Assembly: GCA_964437755.1 (NCBI GenBank)
Contig: CAYTIA010000002.1
Coordinates: forward strand, 34,107-98,106
Source of the DNA: an uncultured Pseudomonadales bacterium
GTDB taxonomy: Bacteria; Patescibacteriota; Microgenomatia; UBA1400; PJMF01
Length of the DNA stretch: 64,000 nucleotides
Direction of reading: 5' to 3'
Shown here: in pieces, positions 28,033 to 37,890 of the stretch
Layout: each line of letters begins with the position of its first letter
How positions within the stretch are numbered: the stretch's first letter is position 1
Notes under the pieces: model-generated
The model's input: the letters and a program-made list of their open reading frames with translations, nothing else
What the model was told of the DNA's origin: nothing
Databases searched by the model: none
Translations under genes and position numbers: made by a program

Positions 28033-29412
28033 TTATGTTGAGAGGATTGTAACTAGTTTTTCATCTAAAAAATGTTTATTGTTCCAATCTTTCATGAGTT
28101 GGCCAGCAGAGTTACCTTCAGGGAGATTTTTTGCAATCTCTTGTAGAACGATGGGTAATTGTTGATTGCTATCAAGGTACTTATGAATTGATAATTTCAG
28201 AGCAGACTGAACCTCAAGATCAGTACCAACACAATCTAAGGGCTTGTTAATTGACGGATCAGCCAAGGCTCGGAAGGTGGGTATAAGAGAATTATCATTA
28301 AATAGATTGTGGCTAAATATTTTGGTGGTTAATAACTCCTTTTCAACAAACGGAAATAACATCAAAAAAACAAAGGCGCACTTTGCACAATGACCACACC
28401 AAGCATCTTGTTTTTGGCCAACGTTGCAACTTCTAAAATCAAGTAAAGAACTATGATATTGAGCAAACTTTGCAGCTATTTGCAACTCATTAAGAGGCCT
28501 TAAAAAGGACAGGTATTCGGCTTGTTTGGCTCTGCTTCCTAAGTATTGATTTGCATACTCTCTAAAACTGGTTTCAAACTCGAAACTTTTTGACCATTGG
28601 TGGTTAATCTCAATGTCTTTATATCTTAAGTTTGGTTGATTGGCAGAGCTTTCATTGGCTAATAGAATTTGCTGATGACCTTCTAGATGAGCCACAAGAG
28701 TAGATAAAAAAGCAAGATAAGCACTAAAAGGAGTGTGCCCATTAAGATAGCCGTGAATATTAAGTTTGAGTAGAGTGGGGCAGATAGTTCTGTGAACCAC
28801 TATCTGTTTTTTAGAGGTACTACTTGAGGCAAGTTTTGATGCTGCTGGTGAGGCTGGTTCAAGTACTAGGGTATGATAAGTTTCACTGGCTTGAGCTATT
28901 AAGTTAAGAGTTAATCCAGAGTCTTTTCCTCCTCCAACTGGAATTAAGTAAGGGGTGTGGTAATGGTCTGGCGCTAGAGGTGTTGGCTGAGCGGTGGGTG
29001 ACTTGGCAGTTGACGATATATTTAAAAAATTGGGTTGGTTAAAATCAATCTGGTTAGTGTAAAAAAACTCACCCAGCCCATGAATAAAAAGGTTGTGCCA
29101 CCAGCTAACTTGGTATTCATCAAGGTAGCCAGATTCAATAATTATTTCTTGAGGACAAGCGGCCTTCCAATAACTGGGCAATTCTGCAAGTCCGAGTTGG
29201 AAAATAAGTGAGTCTAGAAAGCTTTTTGGTATGTTGCTAAGCTGGCTGGGATCAATTCCGGAAACTATAAAAGATGGGGAAAAGATTATGTTGGGTTCAA
29301 GCAGAAAGGTATAGTTAACTTTAAGCTGAATGTTTTTATTAGGATTCAATTCATAATCAAAACTTTGATACCTAAGTGCGGAATGTTTTTGTCGCAGACT
29401 GTCAATTGTCAT
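28033..29412 (-). CDS. murL: UDP-MurNAc-L-Ala-L-Glu epimerase MurL-like protein
   Basis: 'SYWKAACP', 'VGGGKDS' PP-loop, 'LNGHTP', 'NHQWSKS', 'FRSCN', 'WCGHCAKC', 'KPLDCVG'; directly upstream of murD. Confidence 0.85.
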   Translation of the reverse strand: MTIDSLRQKHSALRYQSFDYELNPNKNIQLKVNYTFLLEPNIIFSPSFIVSGIDPSQLSNIPKSFLDSLIFQLGLAELPSYWKAACPQEIIIESGYLDEYQVSWWHNLFIHGLGEFFYTNQIDFNQPNFLNISSTAKSPTAQPTPLAPDHYHTPYLIPVGGGKDSGLTLNLIAQASETYHTLVLEPASPAASKLASSSTSKKQIVVHRTICPTLLKLNIHGYLNGHTPFSAYLAFLSTLVAHLEGHQQILLANESSANQPNLRYKDIEINHQWSKSFEFETSFREYANQYLGSRAKQAEYLSFLRPLNELQIAAKFAQYHSSLLDFRSCNVGQKQDAWCGHCAKCAFVFLMLFPFVEKELLTTKIFSHNLFNDNSLIPTFRALADPSINKPLDCVGTDLEVQSALKLSIHKYLDSNQQLPIVLQEIAKNLPEGNSAGQLMKDWNNKHFLDEKLVTILST

Positions 29413-29763
29413 ATAACTCTATTATAATCTCTTTGAATAGTTCTGAAAGTAATATTGGTATAACTAAGAGATCTATCATTTATGAATAAAATAGATATTT
29501 AGTCAAGAAAAAATGTATACAAAAATGGTGAAAAATAATTTAGTGGTGAAAGGAAGAAAAGCAATTTTGTTCAAATTGGTAGCTGTAATGTTTGTCTAAT
29601 ATTCGGCAACAATGATAATATAGGTTGTGAAATAGAAAAAGAACGAAGGTTTAATATTAATTTTTTATTATAAATAAATTGCATTTTTAAGTTGTTTCTA
29701 TTCTAAACAAAAAATTACATAACTAATAAGTATAGATTGTATTAAAATTATCTTTTTTTAGGT

Positions 29764-30558
29764 ATGAGTAAAGTAGAAATAGAGCATGGAATAGTGAGTA
29801 TTTTTGGTTTGAGTCTCTTTAGCAGTAGTAAGAGAGAGCTGCTAGGTATTTTGCAAACTCACTTGACTAAGCAAAATGAGCCACTTTTTATCTTTACTCC
29901 CAATGCTGAGCAAATAGTCTTATCTTTAGAAAACCCAAACTTTAGACGGAACTTACAACAAGCAGATATACTTATTCCTGACGGATTTAGCTTGGTAATA
30001 GCTTCCTTTTTACTTTCTCTTTTGGGAAAATCTAGTAAAATTAGTCAAAAAATTGCTGGAGTTGATTTGGCACAAAATCTGATAAAAATAACTGAACAAA
30101 ATAATCAGGATATTTTGATTTTGGGAGGGAAAGACTATCAGTTATTACTAGATTCTAGTAGCCAAGTAAATAAATCTTTCAATCTCTGGAAACTAGACAA
30201 AAATCTTTATTGGACTCCAGCATACGGCGATTTTTCAAATTCGTCTAAGGAAGAACGAGCAACCCTTGTCAACAATATTAAAAATCTTAAACCAGCAGTA
30301 GTAATGGTGGCTTTGGGAGCGCCAAATCAAGAAAAGTGGAGCCTGGACAATCAACAACTACTTTCTGAATCTGGGGTAAAATTAGTGATGGTGGTGGGAG
30401 GAGCCTTCGATATCATCTTTGGAAGATTGAGAAGAGCCCCAAAAATTATGAGGGTATTTGGACTGGAATGGTTATTCAGACTGATTCAAGAACCATGGAG
30501 GTGGAAAAGACAACTGGGACTACTAAAGTTTTGGTATTATCTAGTTCTCAAGAGATAG
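29764..30558 (+). CDS. WecB/TagA/CpsF-family glycosyltransferase
   Basis: 'FTPNAE', 'IPDG', 'VALGAPNQEKW', 'VGGAFD', 'RAP...GLEWLFRLIQEPWRWKRQ'. Confidence 0.93.
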   Translation: MSKVEIEHGIVSIFGLSLFSSSKRELLGILQTHLTKQNEPLFIFTPNAEQIVLSLENPNFRRNLQQADILIPDGFSLVIASFLLSLLGKSSKISQKIAGVDLAQNLIKITEQNNQDILILGGKDYQLLLDSSSQVNKSFNLWKLDKNLYWTPAYGDFSNSSKEERATLVNNIKNLKPAVVMVALGAPNQEKWSLDNQQLLSESGVKLVMVVGGAFDIIFGRLRRAPKIMRVFGLEWLFRLIQEPWRWKRQLGLLKFWYYLVLKR

Positions 30559-30585
30559 TGTTGCTTGCTCTTACAAGAGAGTTGA

Positions 30586-30873
30586 CTACTCAATTTCGCT
30601 AGGATCGATTCCCAAGAGCCACAAAACAGATTCTTTTTTATATCTTCTGTCTCCTCGAGAGTTAATGCGAATAGCTGGAAGTTTTCCTCTTTTTCCCCAT
30701 CGTTTTATTGTAAGAGGGGATACTCTTAGTAAATCAGCAACTTCTCTGACTGTTAATAAGTCCGGTAGGTTGCTTAAATCGAGCTTGGCCGCATCCTTAG
30801 CACGACCTGTTTGACGGTCATCAGCATTAGAGCTTGTTTCTTGGCTAGTTGTAGTTGTCAAAGTGTCGGGCAT
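30586..30873 (-). CDS. Excisionase/BldC-like (MerR-superfamily) HTH DNA-binding protein
   Basis: 'LLTVREVADLLRVSPLTIKRWGKRGKLPAIRINSRGDRRY'. Confidence 0.88.
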   Translation of the reverse strand: MPDTLTTTTSQETSSNADDRQTGRAKDAAKLDLSNLPDLLTVREVADLLRVSPLTIKRWGKRGKLPAIRINSRGDRRYKKESVLWLLGIDPSEIE

Positions 30874-31301
30874 GAGATGGATCCTTTCAAATAGTAATAA
30901 TTAGGAAATATGATTTATACAAATTAAAGATTGCTAACAATATCAAAGGTTTTCAATCTCTATACATAAAGTAGCAGAATAACCTAAACTAGGTCAATAG
31001 GTAATTTCACATATATGTAAAAAAAGTGAAATATAGTCAGATAAATGGGAATAAACTCAGCGCAGGGCAGAGCCAAAATTAGTGTTATTGAGAAGGCCTT
31101 ATTTATAAGTTTGGGTAATGTTTGTTCTTCCATAATTAGCTAACCATTTGGAGATAAGTTATCCACATAAATATCTTATAGTGTGTTAAGCAGGATCCCA
31201 TAATATTACAGCTGAATAAGGTGTGGAAAAAATAGCTACTTTAAAAAATAACAATAATTAAAGTGCAATAGCATGTGCTTCCACTTGAAACAACATTCTG
31301 A

Positions 31302-32846
31302 GTGGATGATAATTTCTCTATGATGAATACAGAGTCTATCAATAGGCATGATCATGAGGCATTATTTAATCACAGAGAGATGTTGCGCAAAATACAAGCT
31401 GAACTTGTTTTGTTGACTGGTGAACCAGAGATAAGAAAAATTCCTCTTTCATTACAAGCTTTAACCAACGTTTTTCTTGAAGTTTTTAAAATAGATGGTG
31501 TGGTTGGGTTAGTAAGAAAATTAGCCCCTTATCTCGAGGCAACTGAAGCTAATCAGAGTTTAGTTGATAGGCTTAGAACTATGCAAGAAAATGGAGGTTC
31601 TCCTTGGGGGATATATTCAGTGCTTAATCTTTTGGGAATTCCCAGGGAAGATGAAAATAAACTTGCTGCCATAAGATACTCGTTGTTTATGGTTATTGAA
31701 GAAAATGTTTCGGCAGAGTTAATTGGCCAAGGTTTTTTTAAGAGCATGATGAATGGTTTTCCTTGGGAAAATGAAGATTTTATTTATTTTGATCCCAGAA
31801 TGGATCCAGTAAAAAAATACCTGCTTTCAAATCGAATTAAATCTTTACCAACCGTAACTAGCCAAGAAGACTCTTTCTTAGTGAACAGTTGCGAAATTCC
31901 TGCTGTGATCAATTTGGGGGAAATAAGCTATGGTGAAAATCATAGTCCTATTTTTTCTCAAGAGCAAAAAGATTTTCTGTATAATCAAATCTCTTTTAGA
32001 CCATTCATAATAGTGAGGGTAACAACTGGGGGGAATCCTGAAAAAACAATGGTATTAATGATAGCTAATCATCAATATTTAGATGGGGTTCCCGCTGGAC
32101 ACATGTTTGCTCAAACCCTACAGTTTATTAGTGATCAACTGGGGCAAAAAATCAAGCCCGCAACATTATTAGAAAGTGACCTTATTCTTGGAGATCAAGT
32201 TGAGAGGGCGACTTTAAAAAACCCTGATCAATATTTGGTTAACTCTCTGCAATTACCTGACGAGCTTGTTGCTGAGATTAACCATCTTTATTCTGAGATA
32301 TCTCAAACAGAGTGTGTGGTTTCTTATAATGACTTCTTTCAGTTATTGATGTTGGCAACTTATGGAGTAAATGGGACAACTGTTAAGGGAGGAGTTTTAG
32401 GATTTCGTCTTGACCCTTTTAAACAACTTGATCATTATGATGTTGGAGATGCATCAAAATTGTTAGAGGCCTTACTGGCTAATGATATGAAGGCAATAGC
32501 TCCCTATCTTGTAGATTACAAAGGTCAAAGAAGACTATCTTTGTATAGAGCTGAAGCTAGTAATATGGCGATCTTGGGTAAGTTGAGTAAGTTACCAGCT
32601 GCGCTAGCGGTTAGATTAAATGAGGTTGCACGATTGTTGGGAATAGATAAAGGTATTAGTGGTCAAATAATGACATCAATTATCCCTGACAAAATTGGGG
32701 CAATACATCTATCTGGTTTTGGTGGTCCGGCCGTTACTCCTTTTCAGGACTGTGGATTTACTGCTAGCATTAAACTCAGCGCTGATAGAAGATCTGCTAA
32801 GAGTATTGTGATTAGAGAAAAAATGAGAAAAAAGAAAAAGAAATAA
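31302..32846 (+). CDS. Putative CoA-dependent acyltransferase (HxxxDG, CAT/E2/condensation-like)
   Basis: 'VLMIANHQYLDGVPAGHMFAQTLQFI' resembles the E2/CAT catalytic segment; start may be ATG 31320. Confidence 0.5.
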   Translation: MDDNFSMMNTESINRHDHEALFNHREMLRKIQAELVLLTGEPEIRKIPLSLQALTNVFLEVFKIDGVVGLVRKLAPYLEATEANQSLVDRLRTMQENGGSPWGIYSVLNLLGIPREDENKLAAIRYSLFMVIEENVSAELIGQGFFKSMMNGFPWENEDFIYFDPRMDPVKKYLLSNRIKSLPTVTSQEDSFLVNSCEIPAVINLGEISYGENHSPIFSQEQKDFLYNQISFRPFIIVRVTTGGNPEKTMVLMIANHQYLDGVPAGHMFAQTLQFISDQLGQKIKPATLLESDLILGDQVERATLKNPDQYLVNSLQLPDELVAEINHLYSEISQTECVVSYNDFFQLLMLATYGVNGTTVKGGVLGFRLDPFKQLDHYDVGDASKLLEALLANDMKAIAPYLVDYKGQRRLSLYRAEASNMAILGKLSKLPAALAVRLNEVARLLGIDKGISGQIMTSIIPDKIGAIHLSGFGGPAVTPFQDCGFTASIKLSADRRSAKSIVIREKMRKKKKK

Positions 32847-32855
32847 TTTACTCTT

Positions 32856-33416
32856 ATGAATCCAGGAACAATAGCTGCAACAAAAAACATCAACGGTCAA
32901 GAAATTGTCTTTCGATATCCCACGCTAAGTGATGCTGTGGCATTGATGGAGTATATCAACACTCTCTCAACTGAAAGAACTTTTATTCGTTTTCAAGGTG
33001 AACAAATATCTTTAGAAGAAGAGGAACAGTATTTAAAGAGTCTGCTTAAAGCAATGAAGGAGAAAAATGGTGGTGCGATTTTGGCTTGGCACGAAAATAC
33101 TCTAGTAGGGATGATTGGTTTAAGACCTCAAGAAAAAATAGAAAAACATGTTTTAGATTTTGGACTATCAGTAAAAAAAGAATATCGAGATCAAGGAATA
33201 GGAAAAGCTTTGATTCAAGTGATGTTGGATCAAGTCCGTCTTCACTTAACACATATCAGCATTGTCACTTTATCAGTTCAGGCTGATAATCTAAGAGCAG
33301 TTCATCTTTATCAAAAACTGGGTTTTATTGAGTATGGAAGGCTTCCAAAGGGAATATGTCGAAATAACGAATTTGAAGATAAAATATTAATGTATTTGCG
33401 ACTTTTTCATGAATAA
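32856..33416 (+). CDS. GNAT N-acetyltransferase
   Basis: 'FGLSVKKEYRDQGIGKAL', 'NLRAVHLYQKLGF'. Confidence 0.93.
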   Translation: MNPGTIAATKNINGQEIVFRYPTLSDAVALMEYINTLSTERTFIRFQGEQISLEEEEQYLKSLLKAMKEKNGGAILAWHENTLVGMIGLRPQEKIEKHVLDFGLSVKKEYRDQGIGKALIQVMLDQVRLHLTHISIVTLSVQADNLRAVHLYQKLGFIEYGRLPKGICRNNEFEDKILMYLRLFHE

Positions 33417-33990
33417 TAACATCAAAAACTCACTGCCGCAGTTTATTTATCAAAAGCAGATCAATGGAAAAGATTTTTTATTTCGTTTTCCTGAACAAGG
33501 CGATACACTTCAAATGGTTGAGTACTCCAATGAGTTTAATGCTGAGAGCGAGTTTACCTTATTTCCAGAAGAAAGAATTAATTCTACAGATGCTCAGGTG
33601 TATTTAGCTAGAATCATTGGCAAGATTGAGCGACATGAATCAATATATCTTTTTGTTTTTTGCAAAAATGTTGACAAATTGAGGCTTGCGGGGAGAATTA
33701 ACATCAATCTTGAGCCAGGATTACAACAACATCTGGGTGAACTGGGGATTAGCATTCGAGAAGAGTATCGAAATATCGGTTTGGGGACGACATTAATCGA
33801 GCTGGCGATTGAAGTTGCTAAACGGTGGCTTTCTGGATTAGAAATAATTCAATTAACTACTTTTTCTACAAACCAGAGGGCGCTTCATCTCTATCAAAAA
33901 TTAGGTTTTAAAGAGTTTGGCCGGCTACCCAAAGGAGTAAAAAGAAGTGATCAGTATCAGGATTTTGTGTATATGTGGAGGGAGATTTAA
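33409..33990 (+). CDS. GNAT N-acetyltransferase (tandem paralog)
   Basis: 'LGISIREEYRNIGLGTTL', 'NQRALHLYQKLGFKEFGRLPKG'. Confidence 0.93.
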   Translation: MNNNIKNSLPQFIYQKQINGKDFLFRFPEQGDTLQMVEYSNEFNAESEFTLFPEERINSTDAQVYLARIIGKIERHESIYLFVFCKNVDKLRLAGRININLEPGLQQHLGELGISIREEYRNIGLGTTLIELAIEVAKRWLSGLEIIQLTTFSTNQRALHLYQKLGFKEFGRLPKGVKRSDQYQDFVYMWREI

Positions 33991-33994
33991 AGAG

Positions 33995-35641
33995 ATGTCT
34001 GTAGAGGAACCCAAATCAAGTCAAGGTCCAAGATTTAGTCGAAGAGAAGCTTTAAAAATTCTATTCCCAGTTGCTGTATCGGCAGTTGCTCATCAGATAA
34101 ACCCCAATAAAACAAAAGAGAGACAGCAGGAAATGACGAATGAGGAATTTATTGATTTTCATACTGAACAATTAAAAAGGATTTACAACATAGAAATATG
34201 TTTTTCTGCAAATGTAAGCATTTCACTAAGGAAGGCTAATCTAGAGGCAGCTCTATTTGCTGTAAGTAGATATCCCCCAATCTTTATTAATACAATAATG
34301 GCGCATTATGAAGCTGATAAATCCAGTTCAAATGAGGCATTTTTCTTTAGACCCGAGAAAGAACATGGAAGAACTAATGCTCTAAGAATTCAAATTAATA
34401 GCGATGAAGAATTTCCGTATGAAAAAGCAGCTGCGGTTGCATATCCATTAAGTGAAGCGCGCAATCTTTTCAGATCTATTTTACCTCAGATTTTTTTTCC
34501 AACAGCTTTTTATCATGAGCTTGCCCATAATATTCATGACTCAATTTGTTGGCTAAATTTCGTCTCACAAAAGCCTGAAGAAATGCCAGTAGAAACTTTT
34601 GGAACCAAACTTGCGGAGAAATTTGGAGTTGGTGGTAAACCAGCACCATTTATTTTGTTTCGCCCAGAGGGTTTTGCTTCAATGTATGCAGCAACCAATA
34701 ATCAAGAGAATTTTGCAGAAACGATGTCATATCTTATTGGTTATCCTCATCTTGCTATTCAAGAAGTAATCAATAATCCCAGATCTGAGTTAGCTATAAA
34801 GTTAATAGCAGTTGCCGATATTTTATATGTTTTTTCTGGGGGATTAATGGATGCACAGTACTGGAGAGATTCAATGACTAACAACGTTAATTTTGAGTAT
34901 TGGCTGGAAAAGAAAAAAACGACAGGAAAAGAGTATCTTGGAAGTGATAATAGGTTTTATTACTATACAAAATTTCCAAGTCAAGGGAATGAGGGTGAGA
35001 TGGAATCAGTATTGGTATATACAGAAGATCATCAAAAGGATGAGGCGGATATTCAGATAAGCGATTATGAAGCATATAAATCTGGAGATAGAGTAAGAAT
35101 TGCTAACAGAGAGATAAATTTGAGTATCAGTGAGGCTGGTGCGAATATTCAGGGAAAATCTCATACATATATGAGACATCTAGTTGAGGATGAAACTATC
35201 TATTTGGGAATGATTCCCTATGATTATCCAGATCGGATGAAAATGGTGTTTTCTACTATTGATATCACAGAAGAAGTTGAGATATTCGTTAGTCGAGATG
35301 GTACTCTGATGATAAGAAGAATTAAAAGCTATCCAACAAAGAATTTCCCATTGTTCAAAGATTTTCCAAAGGGACTGAGTGGCACAACCAGTCAGATTGT
35401 TGGTGGCTCAATCTTAGCAAATGCTGCCTTGCTGATCGATGAAAAAATTGATCGCCAGTTAAGGAAAAAAAGCACGCGTCGCAATTTTTTAAAGAATGTT
35501 GTTATGTCAGCCTTTGTTGTCGGAACTACTCTGGCAAGCGTGGGTTTAAGTAAGTTTCTTAATAATGCTGCAAAAACAGTCACGCCAACTATTGAAACTT
35601 ATGATAAGCTTCATAAAAAATTTTGGTCATATTTAGAATAA
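33995..35641 (+). CDS. Putative zinc metallopeptidase (HExxH) with RR motifs
   Basis: 'FYHELAHNIHD' and downstream 'YAATNNQENFAE'; ATG 33995 follows the GNAT stop. Confidence 0.65.
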   Translation: MSVEEPKSSQGPRFSRREALKILFPVAVSAVAHQINPNKTKERQQEMTNEEFIDFHTEQLKRIYNIEICFSANVSISLRKANLEAALFAVSRYPPIFINTIMAHYEADKSSSNEAFFFRPEKEHGRTNALRIQINSDEEFPYEKAAAVAYPLSEARNLFRSILPQIFFPTAFYHELAHNIHDSICWLNFVSQKPEEMPVETFGTKLAEKFGVGGKPAPFILFRPEGFASMYAATNNQENFAETMSYLIGYPHLAIQEVINNPRSELAIKLIAVADILYVFSGGLMDAQYWRDSMTNNVNFEYWLEKKKTTGKEYLGSDNRFYYYTKFPSQGNEGEMESVLVYTEDHQKDEADIQISDYEAYKSGDRVRIANREINLSISEAGANIQGKSHTYMRHLVEDETIYLGMIPYDYPDRMKMVFSTIDITEEVEIFVSRDGTLMIRRIKSYPTKNFPLFKDFPKGLSGTTSQIVGGSILANAALLIDEKIDRQLRKKSTRRNFLKNVVMSAFVVGTTLASVGLSKFLNNAAKTVTPTIETYDKLHKKFWSYLE

Positions 35642-35710
35642 AACTGTCGTCATTCAAAAAGAATCAATTTATTATAATCTGATCATCTACAAAACTATAA
35701 ATGTTTATTT

Positions 35711-36556
35711 ATGAAAGAGCTATCTCCAAAAAAAACTGAAAAAGAGTTAGAACAAAAAACAAACTCTTTTTTCAAAAAATTTAATCTTCCTCAAAACAAA
35801 ATGAAACAAGGATTTTATAAACTTTTTTTAATGTTTTGGAAAGTTTTTTATTTTGTAACCATTGGGCTGATTTTGGCAAAGGCAGTGCTGGCAACTTATG
35901 ACTTAGTGAGTGTAGTTGGTATAAAAATTTGGCCGTCAGCTTATGATCCTGTGGCAAGATTCGTAGCTAACATGAACTGGGAGACTAATACCGTTCATTT
36001 GGATGCCACAATGTCAAAAGCCTTTGAGGATAAGATTGAAAAGTATATATGGAGAATTGATGACGGTACTTCTTTGGTTGGGCGAGAAAAACTTGATCAT
36101 ACCTTTAGTGATCCTGGTTTGTATTATATTCAACTTTCGATCATTGACCAAAACCAACAAAGTGATGTGGCTACTTGCCAAATAATGATTCCTCCGCTCG
36201 AAGTTGAAAAGGTTTCAACTGGCGAACGATTGGAAACAAGAGGTGGAGATTCTATGGTAGAGGAGGCTAGCTACATTTGGGCACCAGTTGGTACTTTTTA
36301 CAACTTTTCAAAGCTTCCTGATTACAAGCAATCATACTCAGATTTAAGATCTCGCTATGTTGATTCTGGCTGCGGTCTTTCTAGTAGTGGTTACAATATT
36401 AGCGATTTATCTAGTAATGTATCTTATCAGGCTAGACAGATGCAAAGAATAATTGCCTCATTTGCTTTATATGTAGCTGGAGCAATAGTTTCTACTGGCG
36501 TTTATTTCTTGGTTAAAAAAAGTCTGATTAATGAGTTAGAGAAGATTGATAGCTAG
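35711..36556 (+). CDS. PKD-domain membrane protein
   Basis: TM; 'VHLDATMS...YIWRIDDG...HTFSDPGLYYIQL'; C-terminal TM. Confidence 0.7.
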   Translation: MKELSPKKTEKELEQKTNSFFKKFNLPQNKMKQGFYKLFLMFWKVFYFVTIGLILAKAVLATYDLVSVVGIKIWPSAYDPVARFVANMNWETNTVHLDATMSKAFEDKIEKYIWRIDDGTSLVGREKLDHTFSDPGLYYIQLSIIDQNQQSDVATCQIMIPPLEVEKVSTGERLETRGGDSMVEEASYIWAPVGTFYNFSKLPDYKQSYSDLRSRYVDSGCGLSSSGYNISDLSSNVSYQARQMQRIIASFALYVAGAIVSTGVYFLVKKSLINELEKIDS

Positions 36557-36591
36557 ACTTTTTGTAAATAGTTGGTAACATTGGAGCTACA

Positions 36592-36617
36592 AAAACCACC
36601 CCTTATGGGGTGGTTTT
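36592..36617. terminator. Bidirectional intrinsic terminator between the PKD gene and rplL
   Basis: AAAACCACCCC-TTAT-GGGGTGGTTTT between convergent genes. Confidence 0.85.
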
Positions 36618-36647
36618 AATTTCAGTTTTCTGAACTTGAAATAAATC

Positions 36648-37082
36648 TTATTTCATTTCAACTACACAACCTGCCTCTTCCAAAACTTTCTTGGCGTTCT
36701 CGGCATCTTCTTTGTTGGCTGCTTCTAAAACTTTTTGAGGAGCACTTTCAACAAATTGTTTGGCTTCACCCAAACCTAATTCTGGTTTTAATTGGCGAAC
36801 AGCCTTAATAGCACCAATCTTGTTTGAACCACCTTCTTTAAGGATAACGTCAAACTCTGTTTGCTCTTCAACTGGAGCTCCAGCGACTGCGCCAGGAGCT
36901 GCGGCCATCATAGCAGGTGCGGCTGCACTGACACCAAACTCGTCTTCTAGAGCCTTTACAAGCTCAGAAACTTCCATTAGTGAAAGTTCTTTAACTGCGT
37001 CTACAACTTTTTGTACTTTTGCAGAAAGCTTTGACTCGGCTTTTGCTTCAGTGTTGGCTTCTTTTGTTTTTTCGTCTGCCAC
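36648..37082 (-). CDS. rplL: 50S ribosomal protein L7/L12
   Basis: '[17 protein letters not shown]', '[10 protein letters not shown]', 'KIGAIKAVR'; AGGAGG SD upstream of the GTG start. Confidence 0.98.
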   Translation of the reverse strand: MADEKTKEANTEAKAESKLSAKVQKVVDAVKELSLMEVSELVKALEDEFGVSAAAPAMMAAAPGAVAGAPVEEQTEFDVILKEGGSNKIGAIKAVRQLKPELGLGEAKQFVESAPQKVLEAANKEDAENAKKVLEEAGCVVEMK

Positions 37083-37129
37083 TGTGTACCTCCTTGGTAA
37101 TTTATTAGTTTTTAATTGATAATTACTTA

Positions 37130-37648
37130 TTAGTTTGTTTTATCAGCTATTGCTTTAAGTGCATAAACCAAATTTCTTGGACCAGCATTGAGTACGTTAA
37201 CCAATCCATAAGCTGGGCCTTGTAAACGCTGGATTAACATAACCATTAACTCGTCTTTTCCTGGTAGTTTGCTTAACTGCTCAACCTCTTGCTTGCTTAA
37301 TACCTTGATCTTGCCATCTTCTAAAATAACTCCTTGTTTAATTTCAAGTTTTTCAGATTCTTCATTAAACTCAAATAATTTTTTTAAGGCAGAAACGGCA
37401 TCTTCGTAAGAAATAACCAATGCGTTCATCCCAGTGAGCGACTCTTTAAGGGCATCTTCACCAACTGAAAGATTAATCAAGGTATTTTTAGTGACGAACA
37501 TTTCACCATTTCCTTGTTTAATCATGGCTCTAAGCTTAACTTGTTCTGAAGCGCTGGTTCCAGAGTAATCAACGATAGCAACAGATTTCGCCTGAGCTAG
37601 TTTTTCTTTAATAATCTCAATCTGCTGTTGATTGTATTGACTTGGCAT
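37130..37648 (-). CDS. rplJ: 50S ribosomal protein L10
   Basis: 'IVDYSG', 'VTKNTL', '[10 protein letters not shown]'; likely start MPSQ at 37648. Confidence 0.95.
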   Translation of the reverse strand: MPSQYNQQQIEIIKEKLAQAKSVAIVDYSGTSASEQVKLRAMIKQGNGEMFVTKNTLINLSVGEDALKESLTGMNALVISYEDAVSALKKLFEFNEESEKLEIKQGVILEDGKIKVLSKQEVEQLSKLPGKDELMVMLIQRLQGPAYGLVNVLNAGPRNLVYALKAIADKTN

Positions 37649-37746
37649 AATGAATAAAACAATTAATACTATTTTTTGGTTTACAAAGGGTTGAGGAAGA
37701 GGTGAGAGGAAGTATTTTGTCAAAAATACTATCTAAAGAACCAATT

Positions 37747-37810
37747 CCCTCGGCGCGATTTTTAATTCTTGATTAAATTTTTATTTAATCAAAACCCACG
37801 CTGTCTTTGG
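37747..37810 (-). promoter_or_regulatory. L10 leader (L10-(L12)n autoregulatory RNA)
   Basis: Minus strand CCAAAGACAGCG...CGCCGAGG upstream of rplJ matches the AAGAC/GAGG kink-turn pattern, with an inner TTGATTAAAT/ATTTAATCAA hairpin. Confidence 0.75.
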
Positions 37811-37890
37811 AAACAGAAAGCAATTATACGTGATGTGAAAGAAAAATGCAAACGGCTGTTTTACATCTACTTTTTTGATATTATTATTGG

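Noticed and set aside
30586-30873. Excisionase as evidence of an integrated element
   Set aside because: No integrase or att repeats nearby; more consistent with a stand-alone HTH regulator
31159-31230. DnaA boxes (TTATCCACA at 31159; TGTGGAAAA at 31222) as oriC
   Set aside because: Only one perfect and one near match, no dnaA/dnaN nearby, and no consistent switch in gene orientation
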